This document shows, in pieces, positions 37,565 to 47,602 of a DNA stretch of 64,000 nt (the stretch's first letter is position 1; every line of letters begins with the position of its first letter). The stretch spans positions 1-64,000 of the IMG/VR virus record IMGVR_UViG_3300042474_001185. One strand, 5' to 3'. Source of the stretch: a virus. The notes beneath the pieces are model-generated. The model was not told where the DNA came from, did no database searches, and saw only the letters and a program-made list of their open reading frames with translations. The position numbers and the translations under genes are program-made.

Positions 37565-38790
37565 TGACACAAAATCAACCGGTTACATTTATAATTCCTT
37601 GTAGAAATAATCTAAAGTATTTGCAGCAAGCAGTTCAAAGTATAGAAACTCATTATGGAGAATATCATCATATTGTTATATTAGATGATGCTTCAACCGA
37701 TGGTACTAATGATTGGGTAAGTTCAATAAATAAACCAAATATTATATCATATAGAAATGGTGGACCTGATAGAGTGGGACATACTGTGTTATATGATATT
37801 GGTATTAAATTAGCAACAACTCCCATAGTTACAATTCTACATTCAGATATGATTGTAACACAAAACTATGTTGGTAATATGTTAAAGCATTTAAAACCAT
37901 TGACTGTAGTTTCTGCTACTCGTATTGAACCACCATTACATCCACCGGGTCCTGAAAAGTATGTTAAGGATTTTGGTATGGAGCCTGAAACATTTGATAA
38001 TTCGTCTTTTCAAAAGTTTGTATATGAAACGGAATATACAACGGAGGGAAAAACCACAAAAGGTATCTTTGCACCTTGGATGTTATATAAAGAAGATTTT
38101 GCACAAATAGGTGGACATGATTTATTATTTGCACCAATGGAGTTAGAAGATTCGGATATATTCAATAGATTCCATTTACAGCAATATGAATTAATACAAA
38201 GTAGAGATGCTTTTGTATATCATATGACTTGTAGAGGTAGTAGATTTAAAGATGGTATTGAAATTGAAAGAGAGATACCATTACCAGACGGAACTATTTG
38301 GTATAAACCTAAAGATTCGGAAGAATATACAAAATTAAGAAATAATAAATTTAGAGAATGGTGGAGAAAATGGCATACTGATGTATTGCATGATGACCTT
38401 ATGATGCCAATAGTTCCAAATAGATATACTACTTCATTTGTAGTTCATAATTGTAATCCACATCTTTTGGGAGTATTGGAACCTTGGTGCGATGACATAT
38501 ATATTGATTGTGATTTTGGAAGTTATGTAGCTAGTGAGGAAAATGAATCAATGTTTAAGATAACGGATAAAGTACATAATATTGGGGATGTTATGAAAAA
38601 TGATGTGCAAATATTATTTGATGGTAGTAAACTAACAAATGAACATTATACACAATTCATAAAAAACATACCATTTATAGTTCAGCAAACTGATTCAATT
38701 GGAAGTTTTGAATGGGATATATTCCAACTTCACATACTTAATTTAAGAACAAAAGATATGGTACAGCCATTCTTCAAAAATATATTTTAA
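37564..38790 (+). CDS. GT2-family glycosyltransferase
   Basis: FIIPCRNN, DDASTDGT, HSDM, GGHD, EDSD; start taken as ATG 37564. Confidence 0.85.
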   Translation: MTQNQPVTFIIPCRNNLKYLQQAVQSIETHYGEYHHIVILDDASTDGTNDWVSSINKPNIISYRNGGPDRVGHTVLYDIGIKLATTPIVTILHSDMIVTQNYVGNMLKHLKPLTVVSATRIEPPLHPPGPEKYVKDFGMEPETFDNSSFQKFVYETEYTTEGKTTKGIFAPWMLYKEDFAQIGGHDLLFAPMELEDSDIFNRFHLQQYELIQSRDAFVYHMTCRGSRFKDGIEIEREIPLPDGTIWYKPKDSEEYTKLRNNKFREWWRKWHTDVLHDDLMMPIVPNRYTTSFVVHNCNPHLLGVLEPWCDDIYIDCDFGSYVASEENESMFKITDKVHNIGDVMKNDVQILFDGSKLTNEHYTQFIKNIPFIVQQTDSIGSFEWDIFQLHILNLRTKDMVQPFFKNIF

Positions 38791-39680
38791 TGAAAAAAAG
38801 AACACTAATTTGCATACATGTTATGCCATCCGAAATTGAAATGTTTGAAAGACAAATAGTTCAAATGAAAAAAGCATTCATGTATTTGGATGAAAGAGAT
38901 GATGTTACATTAAAAGTAACATTAAACCTAAACCCAGAATTAACTGATTGGGAAAATAGTGAATTAAAAAATGGCCACTTCATATCTCGTTTTGCAATAT
39001 TATTTAATGGAATGAAAAATATAAATGAAATTATATTGGATACTCAATGTTGGGGAACTACTCAACAAAAGAGAGAAGCTATTAAATTAGATTATGACCA
39101 ATTTATATTTTGTGATACCGATATAATTTTCCACGAGCATATGTTAAGATATCAATTAGATGTATCTTACCAAATGGAAGGTATGTATATTGTTTCACCA
39201 TCATTAGCAAAGTTTTGGGACACTAGTTGGGATGTATTATGTCATTCTGATTATATGGATAAGCATATAGGATATTCAACGGAAAGAGAAGCCATAGAAA
39301 ATACAACTGTACAAAAAGTAGAATCTATTACAGTAAAAAGAGTACCTGTTATTAAGTTTGGATGTGGGATGCATACTTTATATTCTAAATCATTTTGGGA
39401 GTTTGTTGGTATACCTGAATCATTTGGTGGGTATGGTCCTGAAGATACATACGCAATGTCAGCCGCTGAAATAGCAATTAAATTAGGACATGATATAGTT
39501 CAAGTATATATGGATGGTATTTACATTACGGAAGATTATATAAACAGACAGCCATCATTTGATGGAAAGATTAAACCAATTGATAAAAAAACAGAATTTT
39601 GGCAAAAAGCATTTAATCTTGGCCAAGAGGAAATTACAAAGTTTGCAACAAAATTAATCAAAAATAAATCAAATCCATAA
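38790..39680 (+). CDS. GT-A-like glycosyltransferase
   Basis: FIFCDTD (DxD), FGGYGPED. Confidence 0.6.
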   Translation: MKKRTLICIHVMPSEIEMFERQIVQMKKAFMYLDERDDVTLKVTLNLNPELTDWENSELKNGHFISRFAILFNGMKNINEIILDTQCWGTTQQKREAIKLDYDQFIFCDTDIIFHEHMLRYQLDVSYQMEGMYIVSPSLAKFWDTSWDVLCHSDYMDKHIGYSTEREAIENTTVQKVESITVKRVPVIKFGCGMHTLYSKSFWEFVGIPESFGGYGPEDTYAMSAAEIAIKLGHDIVQVYMDGIYITEDYINRQPSFDGKIKPIDKKTEFWQKAFNLGQEEITKFATKLIKNKSNP

Positions 39681-39713
39681 ATCTTTATATTTATATTGGT
39701 AAATACGAATATA

Positions 39714-40316
39714 ATGAAGCTTAGTCAATTAAAAGAGCAAATACGTTCTGTAATTAGAGAACAATTTATAGATGAGATGTCACAAAACGATATCCATTTT
39801 AAAGCAATAATGAAATTCTACGATAAGGGAACTTCAAATGCTAAGAAAGCAATATCTTTATATTGTTGCGCTAAACCAAATGCAAATAGACAACAAATTG
39901 TTAAAGAATTGATGGATATGGATTATAATGATATCCAAGACTTACAAAAGCATTTCAAAATTAAAGAATACGTTGACAAGAAAGGTGTTGAGCATGTTGC
40001 AGCAGCGTTACCTCAAACGGAAGAAGAACCTGTAAACGAAGCAAAAGTAATTGATATTGTAGATAGATTCCATGATTTGAAATTACCAAATATAGTTTAT
40101 TTAAACAAAAAGCCATATACTGGAAATGCTTTTGTTATGAATGGATATAATGGTTATACATCATCTAGTACTGATGGTTGGGTATATGATTCCAAAACAA
40201 GAAAACCATTAACTGATAAGCAAGGGAGTACATTGAGGGCAACTACACATAGGGGAGCTAAATGGAATTTTAAAAATGGTATAAAAGAATCGGTAAACGA
40301 ATGTAAAACTTGTTAA
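39714..40316 (+). CDS. Hypothetical protein, possibly a head-internal protein
   Basis: Probable start ATG 39714 (MKLSQLKEQIRSVIREQ); preceded by the ATATTTATA motif. Confidence 0.5.
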   Translation: MKLSQLKEQIRSVIREQFIDEMSQNDIHFKAIMKFYDKGTSNAKKAISLYCCAKPNANRQQIVKELMDMDYNDIQDLQKHFKIKEYVDKKGVEHVAAALPQTEEEPVNEAKVIDIVDRFHDLKLPNIVYLNKKPYTGNAFVMNGYNGYTSSSTDGWVYDSKTRKPLTDKQGSTLRATTHRGAKWNFKNGIKESVNECKTC

Positions 40317-40318
40317 GT

Positions 40319-40633
40319 ATGGAAAATATGTATTCAGTAATAATCACAGCTATCACCGTATTGGGTGGAACAGGAGCTTGGAGATATTACGAAAAGAGAG
40401 CACTAAATAAAGAAAGAGATGATGAGTTTATCAGACACGATTGTAAAGATAGAATCTCTAAATTAGAAGCCTTATTAGAAAATAGTTCAAAAGAGAAAGA
40501 TGAACTTCGTAGTATGGTATTAGAACTTACAAAAGAAGTAGCAGCATTGGGTGTTAAAGTTGAGTTCCTTACAAAAGAAAACGATAAGTTAGAAAAAGCA
40601 CTCCCAAAGACTAAGAGACAAATAAACGGATAA
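40319..40633 (+). CDS. Single-TM protein with coiled-coil (holin-like)
   Basis: N-terminal SVIITAITVLGGTGAW followed by a heptad-rich tail. Confidence 0.5.
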   Translation: MENMYSVIITAITVLGGTGAWRYYEKRALNKERDDEFIRHDCKDRISKLEALLENSSKEKDELRSMVLELTKEVAALGVKVEFLTKENDKLEKALPKTKRQING

Positions 40634-40634
40634 G

Positions 40635-41162
40635 ATGCCATTAGCAAGAGCTCTATTTACAGAAGATAGGAAATTAAGAATATTTGATTTTGATGATACA
40701 CTTGTCAAAACAAATTCATTCATATATGTAACGCATAAGGATGGCAAGAAATCAAAACTAACTCCTGGTCAATATGCGGTTTACAAAGAAAGACCGGGTG
40801 ATGAATTTGATTATAAAGATTTTCAACAAGTAACAAATCCTCAAATTATAAAGGGGTATGTTGAATTATTAAGAAGAATGGTTAATAGTGGTGGAAGCAG
40901 AGAAGTATTCATCTTAACAGCTCGTTCCGCAGAAAGACCAGTATCCCAATTCATAAAAGACTTAGGTATAAAGGGAGTAACAGTAGTAGCATTGGGTGAT
41001 AATAACCCTGAAAAGAAAGCTGACTGGATTGAAGATAAAGTAAAGGATGGATTTGATGATGTTTACTTTGTAGATGATTCCCCTAAAAACGTAGATGCGG
41101 TCCGCAAAAGACTAAGTAATTACAATATAAAGAAAAAAATCCAACAAGTTAAACACTTCTAA
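40635..41162 (+). CDS. HAD-superfamily phosphatase
   Basis: FDFDDTLV, ILTARS, YFVDDSPKN. Confidence 0.8.
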   Translation: MPLARALFTEDRKLRIFDFDDTLVKTNSFIYVTHKDGKKSKLTPGQYAVYKERPGDEFDYKDFQQVTNPQIIKGYVELLRRMVNSGGSREVFILTARSAERPVSQFIKDLGIKGVTVVALGDNNPEKKADWIEDKVKDGFDDVYFVDDSPKNVDAVRKRLSNYNIKKKIQQVKHF

Positions 41163-41238
41163 CTTGTAGTAGTAGTTTATTTAAATTTTTCAATATTTAT
41201 AAGAGTTAAATACTAACTTTACGAAACAATATTGAGAA

Positions 41239-43356
41239 ATGGCAAATAAAAAGATAACCGAATTACCTTATATTACAGGAATATCGGGCTCTACGATAGC
41301 GGATAATCCACTAATTAACACTGTGGTTCCTGTGGTTTTATATGGTACTACGAATCAAATAAATATTGAGAATTTCTCAAGGTTTATGAATTTGTACACT
41401 GCTACAACTGGTTCTGCTGGTAATATATTTGTAGGTCCTCAAACTATTAATAATAATGTAACTATTAATGGAAATCAAGCGGTAAATGGAAATGTTAGTA
41501 TTAGTGGTAGATTAACAGTTAATGAAGTTGTTGCTCAATATGAAACGGCATCGATATTATTTTCAACGGGTTCTACAAAATTAGGTGACCAAATAACCGA
41601 TAAGCACGAATTTACTGGTTCAACAAATATAACTGGTTCACTTATTATAAATGGTGTAAACTTTACCGATTTTAGCGCATCTAATTCAACTGTATTTACA
41701 AACTTCAGTAGTTCAAACTCAACTGTATTTACAAACTTTAGTAGTTCTAATTCAACATTATTTACAAATACCAGTAGTTCTATAAACACTACTCTATTTG
41801 CAGTAAGTAGTTCTATAAACACTACTTTATTTGCATTGAGTAGTTCAAACTCAACTGTATTTACAAACTTTAGTAGTTCAAACTCAACTGTATTTACAAA
41901 TTATAGTTCATCGAATTCAATTGTATTTACAAACTTTAGTAGTTCAAACTCAACTGTATTTACAAATTATAGTTCATCGAATTCAACTTTAATAACAAAT
42001 TATAGTAGCTCAATTAATACTACTATATACACAATAAGTGCTTCGATAGATACCACAATATACACAATAAGTGCTTCAATAGATGATACTTTATTTGCGG
42101 TAAGTGCTTCAATAGATTCTACTATTAAGGCTAATTTGGGAGCAACTAATGATGTAGTATTTAGAATTCAACAAGCAACAGCATCAATACAAGAATATAC
42201 TGCATCTTTAAAAACAGCAATATTACCTAATGGTACTAATTTAGATGTTATTGGTAATTTAAGAGTTAGTGGTTCTACTACTTTGGGTGATACTAATACT
42301 GATAAGGTTGAAGTAACTGGTTCGGTTAATGTAACTGGATATGTATCAGCATCTGGTATTAATATCTATTCAACTGGTACTCCTGAAATTCTATCTACAA
42401 ACAATTTAAGATTAACGGCAGATAGCTCGGTTGTAATTACTACTGATAATTCTGGAACAGCAAAGGTATGGGATTTTGATAATGGTGGTACAATAAATTT
42501 ACCGGGCGGAGCTACAATATCAACACCAAATACTGTGGATGTGATTGTTGCAGCTGGTTCGGCTGGGGCAGCTCAATTAGCAAACTTTAATAAGGGTAAC
42601 TACTTTGCAATAAATGATACTCTTGCAACAATTAATGTGGATGCTGGGGCTACAAATAAGGTATGGCAATTTACAAATGTTGGTAGTATTAATTTACCGG
42701 GTTCAATTATTAAACCTGATGGGGGAGAGTATTCAGCATCATTAACATTGACATCTTCATTCCATGCATTTACCGCATCAATAGGTTCTACATCAAATGA
42801 TTATAGAATTGAATTAAATAGTATTGAAGCTTACACTGCATCTTTAAAAACTGCAGCAATTGTATCATCTTCAACGCAAGTTCAAAACTATGACCTATTC
42901 GCATTAAACTCTAACTTATATATTGGTACTGGTTCATTACAAGCACAACTTAATGGTTTAATGGGATTCACTGCATCATTGGATAATACATACGCAACTG
43001 ATGCACAATTACTTCCAATATTACAGGCAACTCGTTCATTGGAATTACATAGTGGTTCAATGATTGGTATTACAAATGAATTGATGAGTTACACCGCATC
43101 ACTTAAAGCAGCAGCAATTGTATCTTCTTCACAACAGGTACAAAACTACTTCGCATTTGCATTAACTTCATCTAATAATAGTTTCTTTGGTGAAAGTACA
43201 TTTACAAATAAAGTTACGCATACAAATGGTTATGTAGTATTATCGCAAGTTTCAGCAAGTTTAAATTTTGTGGATGATGCCGCAGCAGCAATTGGTGGTG
43301 TACCTTTGGGTGGATTATATAGAAACGGAAACTTTATAGTAATTAGAATAGCATAA
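41239..43356 (+). CDS. Tail-fibre-like virion protein with 11-aa repeat stalk
   Basis: MANKKITELP start, GSTKLGDQITDKHEFTGS, 14 x 11-aa repeats, repeated YTASLK, C-terminal DDAAAAIGGVPLGGLYRNG. Confidence 0.75.
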   Translation: MANKKITELPYITGISGSTIADNPLINTVVPVVLYGTTNQINIENFSRFMNLYTATTGSAGNIFVGPQTINNNVTINGNQAVNGNVSISGRLTVNEVVAQYETASILFSTGSTKLGDQITDKHEFTGSTNITGSLIINGVNFTDFSASNSTVFTNFSSSNSTVFTNFSSSNSTLFTNTSSSINTTLFAVSSSINTTLFALSSSNSTVFTNFSSSNSTVFTNYSSSNSIVFTNFSSSNSTVFTNYSSSNSTLITNYSSSINTTIYTISASIDTTIYTISASIDDTLFAVSASIDSTIKANLGATNDVVFRIQQATASIQEYTASLKTAILPNGTNLDVIGNLRVSGSTTLGDTNTDKVEVTGSVNVTGYVSASGINIYSTGTPEILSTNNLRLTADSSVVITTDNSGTAKVWDFDNGGTINLPGGATISTPNTVDVIVAAGSAGAAQLANFNKGNYFAINDTLATINVDAGATNKVWQFTNVGSINLPGSIIKPDGGEYSASLTLTSSFHAFTASIGSTSNDYRIELNSIEAYTASLKTAAIVSSSTQVQNYDLFALNSNLYIGTGSLQAQLNGLMGFTASLDNTYATDAQLLPILQATRSLELHSGSMIGITNELMSYTASLKAAAIVSSSQQVQNYFAFALTSSNNSFFGESTFTNKVTHTNGYVVLSQVSASLNFVDDAAAAIGGVPLGGLYRNGNFIVIRIA
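41671..42132 (+). repeat. 14 tandem 33-bp (11-aa) coding repeats
   Basis: FSSSNSTVFTN-type units grading into ISASIDTTIYT-type units. Confidence 0.9.
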
Positions 43357-43368
43357 AACAATAAACAA

Positions 43369-44484
43369 ATGGCATTAGAATTATCGGGTTCAATAAATAT
43401 AAGTGGTTCAATGACCGCAACAACAATAATAGTATCTGCGCCAGGAGCACCTGGTATGGTATCATCTTCAAATCAATTAGTAGAATTAAATACTGCTACG
43501 GGTTCTTTAATAGGAATCACAAATGATTTGACGGCATATACGGCATCATTAAAAGGAGCAATTGAAGTAAGTGGACAAAATGTAAATGTATTAGGTACTC
43601 TAACCGCACAAGAAATATATACAACTTATGTAACATCTTCAATACTGTTTAAAAGTGGGTCAACTAAATTTGGCGATGATACCGGTGATATACATCAATT
43701 TACAGGTTCATTAAGAACACGTTTTGGTACTAATGAAAACTTACATATTTTCAGTCTTGGTTCTGGTGATATGAGATTATCAGCATTAAATGACACTGCA
43801 AATTCTAATGTTCAATTATCTGTTCAAGCTTATCCATTAATATTTAAAACCGCTGGTGGTCTTGATGTAATACGAATAACAACTGGCAGTATATCTAGTG
43901 GTAGAACTGAAATTACTGGTTCATTTAATGTTAATGGTGAAATTAGAATGGATGGCTCTACATTATTTAGAGGGATGAGTAGTAATACTTTACAATTATG
44001 TGGTGGTACTTCAAGTTCTAATATTAAAATTAATGGTGCAACAGAAGTTATAACACTGGATACCAATGGCGCAACAAGAGTTACCGTCGCCTCATCCGGA
44101 ACAACAACATTTGGTGGTGCAATTGATACTTCCGAAAATTTAATATATTCCAAAAGAACTTCACCTTCTAATGTAACTACTGGTGCAACAACTGTATTTA
44201 CTATAACACAAAAGAGTGGTGAGTTTCAATCAACTTATATGATATCTATTATAGGTCTATATGATTCGGGTGGAGCTAATCAAAATGGATACTATACCGG
44301 AATTGCATCATTCTTTAATGATGGAGCTGTTGCACAGGCAGCTATATCAGGATTACATTCCAACGGATGGTCGGCATCTGCGGCCGCAACATTGGGAGGG
44401 TCTTTTACGGTAACCTTTACAAATGCTGCAGCAACAACAATGACTAATATTAGAATTACTGCGTTAAAAATAAACGCAACTTAA
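43369..44484 (+). CDS. Tail-fibre-like virion protein
   Basis: Shares YTASLK and GSTKFGDD..D.H.FTGS modules with the upstream fibre; Gly/Ser/Thr-rich beta pattern. Confidence 0.7.
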   Translation: MALELSGSINISGSMTATTIIVSAPGAPGMVSSSNQLVELNTATGSLIGITNDLTAYTASLKGAIEVSGQNVNVLGTLTAQEIYTTYVTSSILFKSGSTKFGDDTGDIHQFTGSLRTRFGTNENLHIFSLGSGDMRLSALNDTANSNVQLSVQAYPLIFKTAGGLDVIRITTGSISSGRTEITGSFNVNGEIRMDGSTLFRGMSSNTLQLCGGTSSSNIKINGATEVITLDTNGATRVTVASSGTTTFGGAIDTSENLIYSKRTSPSNVTTGATTVFTITQKSGEFQSTYMISIIGLYDSGGANQNGYYTGIASFFNDGAVAQAAISGLHSNGWSASAAATLGGSFTVTFTNAAATTMTNIRITALKINAT

Positions 44485-44499
44485 TTCAAATAATAACTA

Positions 44500-46083
44500 A
44501 TGAAACAATACAACGTTATTTTAAAAAAGGATGTAGACTATGATTCTTTTTGGAATGATATTGAAAGTGATACCGATGGTGGTAAACTTTATATTCCAAA
44601 TAGAGCAGTAGAATTTACAAACGAAAGATTAGCTTCACTTCGTCAATGTTGGTATTTGCTGACAGATGAAGAAGCAGAATTACTTAGACAGGATGATAGA
44701 GTTTTGGGAGTAGAGATACCGCCAGAGTATAGAGATGATATTGTGATGTTACCTAGAGCAACTCAAACTGGAAATTTTACAAAGACAACATCTGATAGTG
44801 GTACATTTCTTAATTGGGGATTGATTCGTTCATCAAACCCAACTAACGTTTATGGTACTGGTACAACTACCGCATTAAATTATGAATATACCTTAGATGG
44901 AACTGGTGTTGATGTGGTAATTCAAGATAGTGGATTACAGGTAGACCATCCTGAATTTCAAGATGGAAGCGGTAATACAAGAGTTCAACAAATAGATTGG
45001 AGTGATTATAGTGCTGGTTTTGTACAAAGTGCAAATCATTATAGAGATTTTGATGGACATGGTACACATGTAGCTGGTATTGCTTGTGGTAAAACATATG
45101 GTTGGGCAAAAGAAGCAAGAGTATATTCTCAAAAATTAAGTGGTTTGGAAGGTAGTGGGGATAGTGGTACTGGTATTAGTATTACTTACGCATTTGATGC
45201 TATTAAAACTTGGCATACATCTAAAGCAGGTAGTAGACCGACAGTAGTCAATATGAGTTGGGGATATGGAACTTATTATAATACTGTAACATCATTAACT
45301 TATAGAGGAGTAACATATTCCGATGGTAGTACTACTGGAAACGCATCATATAGATTTTCAAACTATGGATTAAATTCATCTTCTGGTTCTCCTGTTGCAA
45401 CTTATATTGCTAATGTAAGAATTGCTTCGGTGGATACTGATATAGAAGAAATGATTGATGCTGGCGTTGTAGTTTGCATAGCAGCCGGTAATAGAGGAAC
45501 TAAAATAGATGTGTTCGGAGGATTAGATTATAATAATTTTGTGACAACTAACTCTGGAATTAAATATTATCATAGAGGAAGTTCTCCATATTCAGATAGA
45601 GCATTAATGGTAGGTTCAATTGATAGTACGGTATATGATGTGAACAATGACCAAAAAGCTACATATTCCGAAACAGGACCTGGAGTTAGTATTTGGGCGC
45701 CTGGCACAAACATTATGAGTGCATGTTCTAATACAAACGCATTTGGTGCACAATCATATTATTTGAATGCATCATTTAAGCAAGTTAATATTAGTGGTAC
45801 TTCAATGGCTGCACCGCAAGTTGCAGGAGTTGCTGCATTAGCATTACAATTAAATCCAACATATACACCAACGCAAGTTAAATCATCTTTAGTAGAAAAT
45901 GCTTCGGATGATATATATACTACTGGAAATACTACGGATTATTCTAACACAAGAAGTTTATTAGGGTCTGGTATAAAAATGTTATATAGCAGTTTTACAC
46001 AGGCACCGATATCTGGTGGTCCTACAGCGTTAGTAGTAAAAGGTGGGGGATTGAGAATAACTGCGGATATAAGAATGGTATAA
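44500..46083 (+). CDS. Subtilisin-like (S8) serine protease
   Basis: Catalytic triad VDVVIQDSG, HGTHVAG, GTSMAAPQVAG; oxyanion AAGN; N-terminal prodomain-like region; no signal peptide. Confidence 0.93.
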   Translation: MKQYNVILKKDVDYDSFWNDIESDTDGGKLYIPNRAVEFTNERLASLRQCWYLLTDEEAELLRQDDRVLGVEIPPEYRDDIVMLPRATQTGNFTKTTSDSGTFLNWGLIRSSNPTNVYGTGTTTALNYEYTLDGTGVDVVIQDSGLQVDHPEFQDGSGNTRVQQIDWSDYSAGFVQSANHYRDFDGHGTHVAGIACGKTYGWAKEARVYSQKLSGLEGSGDSGTGISITYAFDAIKTWHTSKAGSRPTVVNMSWGYGTYYNTVTSLTYRGVTYSDGSTTGNASYRFSNYGLNSSSGSPVATYIANVRIASVDTDIEEMIDAGVVVCIAAGNRGTKIDVFGGLDYNNFVTTNSGIKYYHRGSSPYSDRALMVGSIDSTVYDVNNDQKATYSETGPGVSIWAPGTNIMSACSNTNAFGAQSYYLNASFKQVNISGTSMAAPQVAGVAALALQLNPTYTPTQVKSSLVENASDDIYTTGNTTDYSNTRSLLGSGIKMLYSSFTQAPISGGPTALVVKGGGLRITADIRMV

Positions 46084-46096
46084 AAATAAAAAAGTT

Positions 46097-47542
46097 ATGG
46101 CTAGTGGATATGTTAGTTGGACAACACCTGATGGTAATTCACCTAACCCAGTTTATATAGATGATACAAATAAAAGTGTAGAATTTTCTGCAAGAGAAGA
46201 TGTAGCACCTTATACAATCACTAGGCCAGTCGGTTCAGTAATTTACACATTATCAAATTTAGGAATTATTAATGGTTTTCAATGTTATAGATATGCGGTA
46301 TATGTAACAGCAACTACAACAACTACAACAACTACAACTGAACCACCTGAAATAACTTTAACTACTGTTGGTAGTTGTACTGGTATTGGAATAGAGGGTA
46401 CTGGTAGAGTAGTAGCAAGTGGATTTAGTGGCGGTAGTGGTACATACTCTACTATAAGAATTGGTACATCTATGGAAAACGCATTTGATGCAACTCCAAT
46501 TAATTTAAGTGGAGCTACGTCATACCAATTTGATAATTTAAATAGTGCGGTATGGTTTGTATTAGTAACAGATAGTGCTGGTTATCAGGGATATGCTAGA
46601 CAGATTATAAATTGTACAAACACAACAACAACAGCTGGGCCAACATCAACTACTACTGAAGCATCAACAACAACTACAACATCTACATCAACAACATCTA
46701 CATCAACTACAACAACTACGGGAGCACCGCTATCATTTAATCTTGCATTTGATGCTAGTTCAGGTACAACCGCATGTAGTAATTATCCTGCAACTAATAC
46801 GGCTCTTAGATACGCATATTATACTGCAACTTTAGGAAATGGAATACAATTATTTACATCTACTGCACTAAGTACTGCTGTTGCAAACGGATACTATTCA
46901 AATGGTACGAACTATTGGTTAGCTACATCTGGTATATTGAATTCTCAAGTATCTTGTACTAACCCTTGTGGATTTAATGGAGGAACTGCTGTATATACGG
47001 CACCAACAACTACAACTACTACAACCGCAGCACCAACAACAACAACTGCAGCACCAACAACAACTACTGCAGCACCAACAACAACTACTGCAGCACCAAC
47101 AACTACAACCGCAGCACCAACAACAACTACTGCGGCTCCAACTACAACTACTGCGGCTCCAACTACAACTACTGCAGCACCAACAACAACTACTGCAGCA
47201 CCAACAACAACTACGGCAGCACCAACTACAACTACTGCAGCACCAACAACTACAACCGCAGCACCATCGTTTACAACATACAATATAGGACCAGATTACG
47301 CAAATGCTACATCAGCTTGTACTTCGTTTTCTATGGATTTCCATACAGAAGTATATGCAGCGGAAGCTGCTCCAGCTTTAGTTACACGATTCTACACAGA
47401 TACTGCATTGACAGTAGGATTTGTGGGTTCATCAGACTTTTATGCATGGGCTTTAGCGCCAGAAAGTACAACACCATTTGTTAATGGACAAGTTAGCTCA
47501 TTAGGAAATGTAAGTAATATCACAGGATGTGCTGGTATCTAA
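46097..47542 (+). CDS. Mucin-like Thr/Pro/Ala-rich modular protein 1
   Basis: Three Thr-rich linkers, including 11 x AAPTTTT, separating Cys-bracketed globular modules. Confidence 0.75.
   Translation: MASGYVSWTTPDGNSPNPVYIDDTNKSVEFSAREDVAPYTITRPVGSVIYTLSNLGIINGFQCYRYAVYVTATTTTTTTTTEPPEITLTTVGSCTGIGIEGTGRVVASGFSGGSGTYSTIRIGTSMENAFDATPINLSGATSYQFDNLNSAVWFVLVTDSAGYQGYARQIINCTNTTTTAGPTSTTTEASTTTTTSTSTTSTSTTTTTGAPLSFNLAFDASSGTTACSNYPATNTALRYAYYTATLGNGIQLFTSTALSTAVANGYYSNGTNYWLATSGILNSQVSCTNPCGFNGGTAVYTAPTTTTTTTAAPTTTTAAPTTTTAAPTTTTAAPTTTTAAPTTTTAAPTTTTAAPTTTTAAPTTTTAAPTTTTAAPTTTTAAPTTTTAAPSFTTYNIGPDYANATSACTSFSMDFHTEVYAAEAAPALVTRFYTDTALTVGFVGSSDFYAWALAPESTTPFVNGQVSSLGNVSNITGCAGI
47027..47266 (+). 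repeat. 11 tandem 21-bp coding repeats (AAPTTTT)
   Basis: gcagcaccaacaacaactact-type units with synonymous variation. Confidence 0.92.
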
Positions 47543-47602
47543 TAATGATTGTTATTACACATGTAGTATATAAAATAAAAAATGAAATAATTATAAAATA
47601 GA

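Noticed and set aside
20983-39680. Bacterial O-antigen/capsule locus (host contamination or chromosome)
   Set aside because: Contiguous with T4-like replisome and fibre genes, shares their promoter motifs, and lacks wzx/wzy/ABC export genes.
46945-47288. Poly-Val (minus strand) and poly-Gln (+ alternate frame) ORFs
   Set aside because: Alternate-frame readings of the AAPTTTT repeat.
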